Origin: Haplodiscus bocki
Taxonomy: Eukaryota
DNA length: 64,000 bases
Direction: 5' to 3'
NCBI GenBank assembly: GCA_965655095.1
Contig: OZ296653.1
Span: 15,562,001-15,626,000 of the forward strand
Shown here: piece after piece, positions 36,790-46,452 of the stretch
How the letters are laid out: each line of letters begins with the position of its first letter
Numbering within the stretch: the first letter of the stretch is position 1
Made by a program: the position numbers and the translations under genes
Notes under the pieces: model-generated
Seen by the model: only the letters and a program-made list of their open reading frames with translations
What the model was told of the DNA's origin: nothing
Databases searched by the model: none

Positions 36790-37229
36790 CTGCTCGTAAA
36801 GTGCTCCGTGGAACAATTTCAGATAAAGCCAGTACGACAAACCAGATAATGTCCAAGCAGCATGTTATTCACAAACAGCGGTTTTTCTGTAACTGCGTAA
36901 ACATAACCGGGACCTAAATTGAAATTACTCATGAACCCAAACGCGTCGTGAAAAACCGCATGCATACGGAAAAGTTTGAAATATTTGAAGGAACGATCCA
37001 TGTAGCTTTTGCTGGGACCTATTAGCCCGCCATGGGGAGCGAAATCGTTTATATCATAAGGATTTACGTTTTTATCTAGACAGTAGCAAACTGCCAGAAA
37101 CGCGTTTTTACTTTTCGGATTTCTCGGGAAAAGATAATTTACCTGGTCAAAATTGCCTTTCAATTGTTTTAAATCAACTAACTCTCGCATGATCTCTACG
37201 CATCCGAAAAACCAACTGCTTTTGTCCAA
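36790..37229 (-). CDS. Parvovirus-VP1u-like phospholipase A2 protein (PLA2X-type) (element B)
   Basis: APHGGLIGPS...FRMHAVFHDAFG...GPGYVY...LLGH contains a Ca-loop-like GP motif and the catalytic HD. The end is probably frameshifted. Confidence 0.75.
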
Positions 37230-37232
37230 TTT

Positions 37233-38114
37233 TCAATTGATAATGAATTGGCACAAAAATTGAATGAAAGAAAACAAATTAGGATCAAACTTGAAATCTT
37301 TTCTCTCATTACCCTCGAATACAGAGTCTGAAGCTTCGGTGCATTCAAAACATTGGCACTGGGCTTTGGAATGTCCAAGATCCACTTTGAGAACATTATT
37401 ACGGTGAGCAATGTTGATGTTCCCGAAACCACGTTGAGGCAAATTGATGAAACCAATCACACAATCTTTGAAGATTGATTTGGACTTCTTCAGCTCCGCC
37501 GATTTTCTGCACAGATAACATAGTTCCTCGGCGTCTTCATTCTCGTCAAACTCAGTGTAACAAGATCGCTGTAATTCCCACACGTTTTCAAATTTGCATC
37601 CCAAGTCTTTTGTTGATTTAGTTTGCAACATCGATTTCATCCTCTCGCCATGTATGAAGAGTCGGTTGCCTCCATAACTTGCCTATCTCTTTATACAGTT
37701 CTCCGGATACGATACTGTAAACAACTTGACAAAGCTGTTTCGAATTTTTAAAGGTGGTTTTGCGCTTGTGATATTTTCACCGATGCTTTCTTTTACGAAG
37801 TTTTCGGCTCCCACGAAAGCTTTCAAGTAGAGGAAAATGTGATAACGCTCTCCAGTAAAGTTCGAACAAACATCTTCTGTTTCAGAAAAACTTCCTGTGT
37901 TGTGGCATCGTATGGTGTATTCACAATGTGTACTGCTTAACAGGGTTTGTAGGAAGCGACAAAAGCTTTTGGCCAGTTTTGGTTGCTGAAACTCATTCGC
38001 ATACCTAACAATTTTCAAAGGAGGCTCTTCATGCTCTTCCCATTCGCCTTCTTCAGTAGATGAGAAAACCAAGTCATGGAATTCTGATGGAACTTCTCTC
38101 AGCATACTTTTCAT
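37233..38114 (-). pseudogene. Hypothetical protein with HUH-like motif, split by one in-frame stop (element B)
   Basis: ORFs 37683-38114 and 37233-37640 are in the same frame. YTIRCH...RYHIFLY...VSYPE matches YVIGAH...HIHILV...VWCPY of 51646. Confidence 0.55.
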
Positions 38115-38573
38115 CGCGAATTTTCACAGTAGAATGGTCATTGATTTCACTTATCTCTTTTCAGGTTACTTGTCAGGTTATGCAATTTTGAAACTTCCAT
38201 TTCTATGGTTTTTTCCAAAATCAATTGACGTTGTTGCTAGCACAGTTCCATTGCCCTTCCTGTGGTTTCGGTTATCGTCCGAGAACAACGTGCTTGGGTT
38301 GTTGGAGTGTGCTAGCTGCGATCTGGTTTAACACCAAATTGATCTGTTCTGTGGGAAGTCGATTTTTTCGACTCCTCACAGTTGCAATTAACAATTATTT
38401 TTCATTCTTTGCGCTTCCCTTGGTTCACGATCTTTGGAAACTATGTAATGCAAACTTGGCGAGGATCAAGTTTTGCAAGTTAGTTTTGCACAGTTAACAG
38501 AAGTTCAACTTTAAACTCTTTGACATCGTTCAAAATATGCCGATCGTACTTGTTTGCTTTTGTTCAAACAACT

Positions 38574-38742
38574 GTCATAGCTGTCACAAGGTTAAACTAG
38601 ATAAGCTGTTGGAGCTGTCATAAAGTTAAACTAGGAGTTGGTAACGTATTAGGATTGCGGAGCAATAAGTGGCTCTAACGGCACGTCCTTATATGGAAAG
38701 AGCCATAAGTGGCTCTAAACCACCCCTCCTTCCTATACTACT
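38574..38742 (-). repeat. Right TIR of element B
   Basis: Reverse complement begins agtagtatagg...tttagagccacttatggctctttccatat...gttagagccacttattgctcc, matching 23888 onward. Confidence 0.95.
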
Positions 38743-39479
38743 CACAAGTACCTGTCACAGGGTCTCATACTTGAAAATTTGATATCTCAATCATGTTTTT
38801 TTTTCAGATTACACCATTTTGCCGCCCAGATAACTTGACTTTCTGATGATGTCAAAAAATGCAAGTTGTGCACAAGATAAATAAAACTAAGCATAAGCCG
38901 GTTTCCAATCCACATTCTTCCTTTCAGTTGGAATAAGTAAAAAAAATCTGAGACATTCAGTTCAAAGCGAACGGCTCCATTTTCTTTCTTCATGAAAAGC
39001 GACAACCACAAATACAATCTTCAAGTTTTGGGTGAAGAGTGTAAGCAATGAAAGAAAAACCAAACGCAGAGTTGCTTTTAGTAAATTGGAAGCTATCGCT
39101 TGCAGTTAGCATGAAATCATTACTAGCAGTGACAAATTATAACGTCATAAGAACGCTAGCTCTGAAAATGGGAAACGATAAATGCCACAACTACGTCAAA
39201 AATGATAGCTATATGTAATTGAGTTTGTTACAATAAGCACTTTAACACAAACTGTAGTCTAATTTCTGATAAAAGTAAAATAGTTCAAGAATTTTGGTCA
39301 ATTCAGTTAGGTGGCTTGAAATTCCGTCCTTTCACTACACTACAGAAAGTAATAACTTTTGAAAGTATTCATTTTGCTACTAACATTAAACTTGTCTCTC
39401 AAAATTCGACGCAGTTTAAAGGACATCATTTCAGCCACCTCCTTGATTTCTGTTCTAGTTACCAGGCCATTCAACGAAA

Positions 39480-40179
39480 TTACTCTTTCTTCTCATCTTT
39501 CGGAGGAGCATAAATTATGATTTGAATCACAGAGATTGAACAAAGAGACAAGGCCAACAAGATAGGGTACACTAGCTTGACCTCTCCTGTTTCAGCTAGA
39601 ATGGATATCCCTCGCAGAAACAATAGCACTGTGATGGTTAGCATAGTATAAAAAGACAACTGGCCAGTACTCTTATTCAGGAAGTTTCTGATTATCCCAG
39701 TAAGGATCGAAAGAAGGAAACAAGACATGAAACTTATACTAAACCATTCAAGGTACTCAAAGGGCACGTGACCTGAGCACATGATGAGTGGCACGGAAAA
39801 AAGGAACAGAACAAATAGAAAGCCATAAATGTGCTGATTATTGTAGAAAAAGCAGAGAAACCCAATTAGGACAGTTACACCAAAATTGAATATCATATCC
39901 CCGTAAATCGTGAAAGGTAACCCCGACATTATAAAGAAGCTGAATTGAGATGATAAGAAAAGGCTTTCCAAAAAGATGTTAACCATAGGCATGCCCTTCC
40001 CACTTTTGGATTTGTAGATTGCCATAACTTGAGGCAGTTTGGAGGGAGGCAACTATGATGATATAGCCCAAACATTTACCCAACACCTGACGTCCGCAAT
40101 CAGGGTCCAACAAATTGAGGTCCTCGGAGTACTTTAAAAAGCACTCTTCCGATATTAAATTGAGGACAACCTGTTCCAT
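39480..40179 (-). pseudogene. MPDU1: Diverged intronless MPDU1 paralog with a frameshift near 40041
   Basis: MEQ..CF.KY..LLD.DCG....KCLGYIIIVASL, then a frame change to KLPQVMAIYKSKSGKG...NKSTGQLS...ETGE, collinear with 11218-11922. Confidence 0.85.
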
Positions 40180-41638
40180 TTAGTTCTGAAAGGCTACCAA
40201 GAGGTGATTCAATCGCAAAAAATTCAGTACTGAAGTTGTGGCATAGCAGGAAAATTGTGAAATAGTAAAACGTGTTTGGAAGCCTTGGGTATTTATGATA
40301 GCTTTGGTTATTAATGATAGCAATTTAAAAAGCGCCTCGAAAACCGTCCCCACGAGGCATAGTTTCTGTTGAAAAAACTTCGCGTGAATAGATTTTGAAA
40401 CATGATTTCGCTAACTTTCAGTCGGAGCTTACTAAAGGACTCCGATAATAAAAACTTTCTCGAAGATAGCTATTACCGTTCAAAAATAAAATATTACACA
40501 CTTCACTGTTTTATTATTCATCGAAACTTTACTGAATCATTTAGAGACCGCCGTGAAAAATTTTAAGTTGAGATGTAAGATTAAAATGAAGAAATCAATA
40601 TACTTGACACTTATTCGTTTTTCGTCGGCATTTTATTACAAATGCCCGACACTTAGTGACCTTTTATATATAAATAACGAAAAGACCAATTTCAGCAAAT
40701 TTTCTCAAATTCAAACAAAATTGGCGTAAATTACTGTGTACGTGGCTTAGTGCAAACAAAGAGTATTCTATCATACATTTTTGGATATGCTCCCCCTTAT
40801 ACATGGACCAAAATTTTCCCACAAAGAAGAAAATCAGATATTTTTCAGAATCCCCGCATAACTGCACCCAAAAAGGTTTGATAAACGGGCATTTGAAGCT
40901 GGCTGTCCCGTTGAGAAAATGCCCTCAAACTTGAAAACATAGGCATCGAGGATGCTAGGCATTAAAGCACTAATATTTGGAAAAGTAAAAAAAATTGGAA
41001 TGGAGCGAGTTTTGAAAATTTGGCTAATTTTTTGGCAAAGCGAAAAATAAGATAACAATTAAATGGACAAATTTGAGAATATATGAATCGATTACTACAT
41101 GTTCTTCAAATCGAAAAGTAAAGTGACCTTCGCTCTAACTCAGTGAAGAAAGTAAATATAAGAGTAAATAAGAGATAAGAAGAAAGATACCGCAAATAAA
41201 CCACCTAAAAATCTCAATCAACAATTCCCACCAAATTAAAAACAGCACTCTATATACAAACAACATTCATTTCAATGCACTCCCAATGGATTTTTAGGCA
41301 GCCTTTTCTTTTCAACAACGGCGGCTATGAACAATTACTCGCGCGGTGAAAAATTCACCAGCGCGTATTTATTCGCGCGTGTATTTTTGTCAGCGCGAAA
41401 TTATCCGCGCGTACACAATTTTCTTCAGCACGAGCTCCATTTGCAAACAGGTTAGCTCTAATTTTCAGCGGTCTCACGGCCAATTGAATAGCGGCAAAAT
41501 TACATCACCACCATACTTTTCACTATCCATTTTGTCTAAACAACTTGCTGCCGCTCAAATTACAACGACAAAATACAACAATCTGATCTTCTCAAAAATG
41601 TTAGTAGTTTTACAAAAAATACAAAATAGATCAACAAA

Positions 41639-42076
41639 ATGAACAAAAGTCTTAGTGAATTTTTGTTACAGCATGTCAGCAATCAACAATCAACAACAAA
41701 CATCAACAACTGCAGCAAACCAAACCCAAGCACCCCAAGACAACCTCGAGATGTAGGTTTCGTGTTTCACTCCAAATTCAAACTTTCGGTTTATTTACCT
41801 AAAAAACTGGCAATTATTTTTTGTTATAGAATTGCGGACGCTTCCTCATCCTCACCACTGTTAGCAACACCTATTTTCTTCCTTCCTCCTCCTTACGAAG
41901 ATATTTACCCGGAGGATCTCAATGTGGCATCAATGGCCGACGTAAGTTTCACTGCTTCGATCATCAGTTTCTTTAAAAAAATCCGGTTTTGGTGTGACAA
42001 CGCTGTCTTGTTTATAGTTAACTTTTTAAAATCCCTATACCGAAAAAATAATGACGTTCTAACAAGTAATAATTAG
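41639..42076 (+). CDS. Hypothetical protein with PPPY motif and C-terminal hydrophobic helix
   Basis: LPPPYEDIY plus NAVLFIVNFL. A possible GT-AG intron lies at 41753-41829. Membership in element C is uncertain. Confidence 0.35.
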   Translation: MNKSLSEFLLQHVSNQQSTTNINNCSKPNPSTPRQPRDVGFVFHSKFKLSVYLPKKLAIIFCYRIADASSSSPLLATPIFFLPPPYEDIYPEDLNVASMADVSFTASIISFFKKIRFWCDNAVLFIVNFLKSLYRKNNDVLTSNN

Positions 42077-42084
42077 CTTTTTTT

Positions 42085-43650
42085 GACTGTTTTTGGCCAC
42101 ACAACGGCCATTTTTGCGTAGTTGGGACGCCGTAAAAGACGTGTAACGTGCAAAATGGCTGGGATGAAAAAAATTCGCGCCGCGCGAACTTTTTGCGGCC
42201 CAAATTGAACGTGCCAAATTGTGTGTTTTGACTGTTTTTGGCCACTCAACGGCCATTTTTGCGTAGTTGGGACGCCGTAAAAGACGTGTAACGTGCAAAA
42301 TGGCTGGGATGAAAAAAGTTCGCGCCGCGCGAACTTTTTGCGGCCCAAATTGAACGTGGCAAATTGTGTGTTTTGACTGTTTTTGGCCACACAACGGCCA
42401 TTTTTGCGTAGTTGGGACGCCGTAAATACGTGTAACGTGCAAAATGACTGGGATGAAAAAAGTTCGCGCCGCGCGAACTTTTTGCGGCCCAAATTGAACG
42501 TGGCAAATTGTGTGTTTTGAATGTTTTTGGCCACTCAACGGCCATTTTTGCGTAGTTGGGACGCCGTAAAAGACGTGTAACGTGCAAAATGGCTGGGATG
42601 AAAAAAGTTCGCGCCGCGCGAACTTTTTGCGGCCCAAATTGAACGTGGCAAATTGTGTGTTTTGACTGTTTTTGGCCACTCAACGGCCATTTTTGCGTAG
42701 TTGGGACGCCGTAAAAGACGTGTAACGTGCAAAATGGCTGGGATGAAAAAAGTTCGCGCCGCGCGAACTTTTTGCGGCCCAAATTGAACGTGGCAAATTG
42801 TGTGTTTTGACTGTTTTTGGCCACTCAACGGCCATTTTTGCGTAGTTGGGACGCCGTAAAAGACGTGTAACGTGCAAAATGGCTTGGATGAAAAAAGTTC
42901 GCGCCGCGCGAACTTCTTGCGGCCCAAATTGAACGTGGCGAATTGTGTGTTTTGACTGTTTTTGGCCACTCAACGGCCATTTTTGCGTAGTTGGGACGCC
43001 GTAAAAGACGTGTAACGTGCAAAATGGCTGGGATGAAAAAAGTTCGCGCCGCGCGAACTTTTTGCGGCCCAAATTGAACGTGCCAAATTGTGTGTTTTGA
43101 CTGTTTTTGGCCACTCAACGGCCATTTTTGGGTAGTTGGGACGCCGTAAAAGACGTGTAACGTGCAAAATGGCTGGGATGAAAAAAGTTCGCGCCGCGCG
43201 AACTTTTTGCGGCCCAAATTGAACGTGGCAAATTGTGTGTTTTGACTGTTTTTGGCCACACAACGGCCATTTTTGCGTAGTTGGGACGCCGTAAAAGACG
43301 TGTAACGTGCAAAACGACTGGGATGAAAAAAGTTCGCGCCGCGCGAACTTTTTGCGGCCCAAATTGAACGTGACAAATTGTGTGTTTTGACTGTTTTTGG
43401 CCACACAACGGCCATTTTTGCGTAGTTGGGACGACGTAAAAGACGTGTAACGTGCAAAATGGCTGGGATGAAAAAAGTTCGCGCCGCGCGAACTTTTTGC
43501 GGCCCAAATTGAGCGTGGCAAATTGTGTGTTTTGACTGTTTTTAGCCACTCAACGGCCGTCTTTGCGTGGTTGGGACGACTGGTTTTGGCCAAACAACGG
43601 CCTTTTTTGCTTGGTTGGGGCTCCTTAAAAAATCGTGGCACGTGCAGAGT
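42085..43650. repeat. 145-bp tandem array (10 near-identical units plus 2 partial/degenerate), each with a 27-bp palindrome
   Basis: Unit starts at 42085, 42230, 42375, 42519, 42664, 42809, 42954, 43099, 43244, 43389 and 43534. Palindrome is AAAAAGTTCGCGC-C-GCGCGAACTTTTT. Confidence 0.98.
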
Positions 43651-43652
43651 AG

Positions 43653-44777
43653 ATGGCAATGAATCTTTATTTCCAGAATGTACAATTTCGCAAACAACGA
43701 GACGCTGATCAAATCCTTTTCGACCACTACAAGCGAGGACTCATCTCGCGTCGCCACCGTGTCATAGTAAGATCCTACAGGGAGAGTGGAACGAATGAAT
43801 TTCTTGGTTGTGTTTGCGAAGTCAAGGACGCAAGTACACACCAAGAAGAACTCTTGCCGGCACGAAACGAGAAACTCTATCAAATTTTTTTGGGCCCCAA
43901 TGTAGCCACCGAAACGCATCAATGGCGATCTCATGAAGCCATGGACTACTACTACTTCAAAAGATCGTTCCAAAAAGTTGTTTTCAGAGTGGACTACGAT
44001 GCGTTTCGTCAAGATTTTCCTCCCACGTCGGATGAAGAATCTGAGGACGACCAGTATGATGAAATATACGACTCGACTTGTGTGTCAAGCTCGATTATAA
44101 CAACCGCAGAGGAGAAGCGAGGAGTTCGAGCTTTCAGAATCACTGTGAAAACTTCTGATTTCCCCTCCATTGCCATGGGCGAATCAAAATTTTCTTTCGG
44201 TCTGCAAGGTTTGACAACCAATGATGTATCAGACATGAGCCCTCTCCGATATTATTGGGACGTAAGTGAGAATGTCATGATAGAAAATGAAGCCCTAATT
44301 TTCACTCCCGATGACTATATGGACAGAATCGAAAATGCATGGTTAAGTAGCAACAATTGTGATGAAATTCTGGAATTCCTTTTGTTTGTGGACTTTGACG
44401 CAAGCTGCTTGCGTTTTGGTCTGAACAACACCGTGTTACCGAAGAAAGTTTTTTTCAAACGTAACGAGCCTTACCAAATTCGTGTCGATTTCGCCATGTC
44501 AACTGAAGCTTTGATGCTTGTCGAGGTCTTCAACCGTCCAAGGAAATTGAACGAGCTTTGTCCAAAGTATTTGCTGAACATGTACTATGAACAAGCAGAA
44601 GATATTTTTGGATCGCAGTGGCCCGACCAATTCACAAAGAAACTAGTGGACAAATTCTACTTTTCACACTGTGACCAAGAGGCAGAGAATGACAGGGAGT
44701 CCAATGCTCGTTTGACTACGCGAAAGTCTCTCGCAGAAGCTTTCAAGATCACGAGGGAGCCCACAGAACTTTTGTAA
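43653..44777 (+). CDS. Hypothetical Polinton protein (374 aa)
   Basis: Long intact ATG ORF immediately after the array. No recognised motif. Confidence 0.75.
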   Translation: MAMNLYFQNVQFRKQRDADQILFDHYKRGLISRRHRVIVRSYRESGTNEFLGCVCEVKDASTHQEELLPARNEKLYQIFLGPNVATETHQWRSHEAMDYYYFKRSFQKVVFRVDYDAFRQDFPPTSDEESEDDQYDEIYDSTCVSSSIITTAEEKRGVRAFRITVKTSDFPSIAMGESKFSFGLQGLTTNDVSDMSPLRYYWDVSENVMIENEALIFTPDDYMDRIENAWLSSNNCDEILEFLLFVDFDASCLRFGLNNTVLPKKVFFKRNEPYQIRVDFAMSTEALMLVEVFNRPRKLNELCPKYLLNMYYEQAEDIFGSQWPDQFTKKLVDKFYFSHCDQEAENDRESNARLTTRKSLAEAFKITREPTELL

Positions 44778-45054
44778 ACAGTCAAGCTATTTAGTTTCAC
44801 ATTTTTCTTTTTATATATGACATAAAAAAATATCCAGCTGCCCTATAAAGTCTGATTTTCCTTGCAACCTAACAGATCCTATGATTATGTTTTTGCTGAT
44901 TGTTATCCAAGACAAAAAACAAATTTTTTGTACTCCACACATAGATTTGCTTAAAGCGAGATATGTTAATGAAGGAAGGAAAAAGTTTGTTGCTTGAATA
45001 AGTTTTGTAAGATGTTTCCTTTGTTTCAGAAAAGTGTGTCTGTTACTGTTTAAC

Positions 45055-45816
45055 ATGAACATGAGCTGGTTGAGTAATGTAATTCGCAAAAACTCCCAAC
45101 ACAAGCGTGACAAAAAGTCAGGTATTGCCGCCGGCTACGATGGTAATCGATCGTTAACATCCGCATGGAGAATATCGCCCGATGCTGACGAAAACAGCCA
45201 CGATAAGTGGTGGGATATTACAAAGACTCACAATCGTTGGGTTCGAGTGGGTGTAAAGACTTACGAGAATTCCTCAACTTATATTGGTCTACGGCTCTTC
45301 AAACCAGACTTTGAAAACGGTCATTGGTACCGTCAGAGCCAATTCTCCTTTAAACTAGAAGAATTGACTTGTTTTGCAACGCTTTTGGGCTTTGGCGACG
45401 AATCCGCCACTGAAGCTTCGGGGATAAATGTCCACTATCCTCAAGAATTTGCAAGAGCAATAGAAATTGCACTGAGTAATGGGGTTACATGTGGAGGTGG
45501 AGGAGGAAGAGACGAGGGAGTAGAGTCTCCTGGGATGTCCTCTTTCAGCAAAAAAAGAGGCGCAGGTAAGAAAACTTTGACAAAACCGCCTCCCAATATC
45601 TCGAAAGCAAGTGGAAGCCCTCAAATATCTAAGAAATGGGGCAACACGGGTCATATGAGCAAAGATGAACTTGCAACCGCCAGTAAAAAGGAAAATGATC
45701 TTCCCTCCAACACAGTTGAAGTTGAGATGCATCCACAGAGTGCTCAGGAAAAGACCGGTGAACGTGGTCGAATGGGTGCCAATGATGATGATGGAGTCCA
45801 TCAAGTAGAGCAATGA
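45055..45816 (+). CDS. Hypothetical protein, possible PC4-like domain plus basic disordered tail
   Basis: RWVRVGVKTYENSSTYIGLRLF...QFSFKLEEL resembles the PC4 beta-strand/helix pattern. Confidence 0.6.
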   Translation: MNMSWLSNVIRKNSQHKRDKKSGIAAGYDGNRSLTSAWRISPDADENSHDKWWDITKTHNRWVRVGVKTYENSSTYIGLRLFKPDFENGHWYRQSQFSFKLEELTCFATLLGFGDESATEASGINVHYPQEFARAIEIALSNGVTCGGGGGRDEGVESPGMSSFSKKRGAGKKTLTKPPPNISKASGSPQISKKWGNTGHMSKDELATASKKENDLPSNTVEVEMHPQSAQEKTGERGRMGANDDDGVHQVEQ

Positions 45817-45969
45817 ATGGAAGTTTGCGGTACAGACGATGACGACGATGATAACGTTTTTCTAAACTGAATACTGCATACCTACAGTGCTTGACACAGC
45901 AGATTCATGTTGTGTAGATGTTCTTTCTGGTGGATTGACAAAAAGTTTTTGCTTGTTATCTATTTAAAG

Positions 45970-46104
45970 GTCCTGTTGGTGTAGTGGTTGCGTTGCTGAC
46001 TGATTGCAGTCAAAAACAGAACAGTATGGCGGTGGTTCGAATCAAGTGGGTGTTCAGCGGATTCGATTACCTGGAATAGATACTACTGTGATTGTTGATG
46101 TTTT
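45970..46104 (+). ncRNA. Candidate Pol III transcription unit (tRNA-like/VA-RNA-like)
   Basis: A box TGGTGTAGTGG at 45977, B box GGTTCGAATC at 46034, hairpin tgactg-attg-cagtca, TTTT at 46101. No canonical cloverleaf. Confidence 0.45.
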
Positions 46105-46452
46105 CATCCACTTGCCTTCTCAAGAGGCCCTCAAGGAGCCTGTAATTAGTCAGCCCTCCCTCTCTCTCACTTCTGCAACCAAACCTACCAACATGACCTT
46201 TTTTAAACAACAAAAACCATATGACAGATATTCATTCATTTTGTTTCTATCTTCCTTGTAGTGTGGAAAAGTATTTTGATGTTTCAAATGTACGTTTGAA
46301 TATATATGTACGTGCTTGTGTGTGTGTGTGTTTTACAAGATAAAAAAGTTTTCGAATGAAATTAGTTTCACAAACCGTCGTCGAACCACTGAATAAAAGA
46401 CTAAGATTGAAAAAAGCAAGCTCTCATCCATCTTTTTGTTACAGATAACGAA

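Larger units (their letters stand above)
23888..38742 (+). mobile_element. Complete, decayed Polinton/Maverick (adintovirus-like) element B, 14,855 bp
   Basis: Starts AGTAG at 23888 and ends CTACT at 38742. ~165-bp TIRs. Identical 6-bp TSD CACAAG at 23882-23887 and 38743-38748. Encodes PolB, integrase, ATPase, protease, and major and minor capsid proteins. Confidence 0.97.

Noticed and set aside
42085-43580. CRISPR-like appearance (palindromic repeats at regular spacing)
   Set aside because: The intervening sequences are near-identical rather than unique spacers, there are no cas genes, and the context is eukaryotic.
42018-43659. Nine overlapping minus-strand ORFs of 75-229 aa
   Set aside because: Artefacts of translating a stop-poor 145-bp repeat that cycles through all frames.
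45970-46080. Canonical tRNA gene
   Set aside because: No 7-nt anticodon loop, T-stem or acceptor-stem pairing. Kept only as a Pol III-like candidate.
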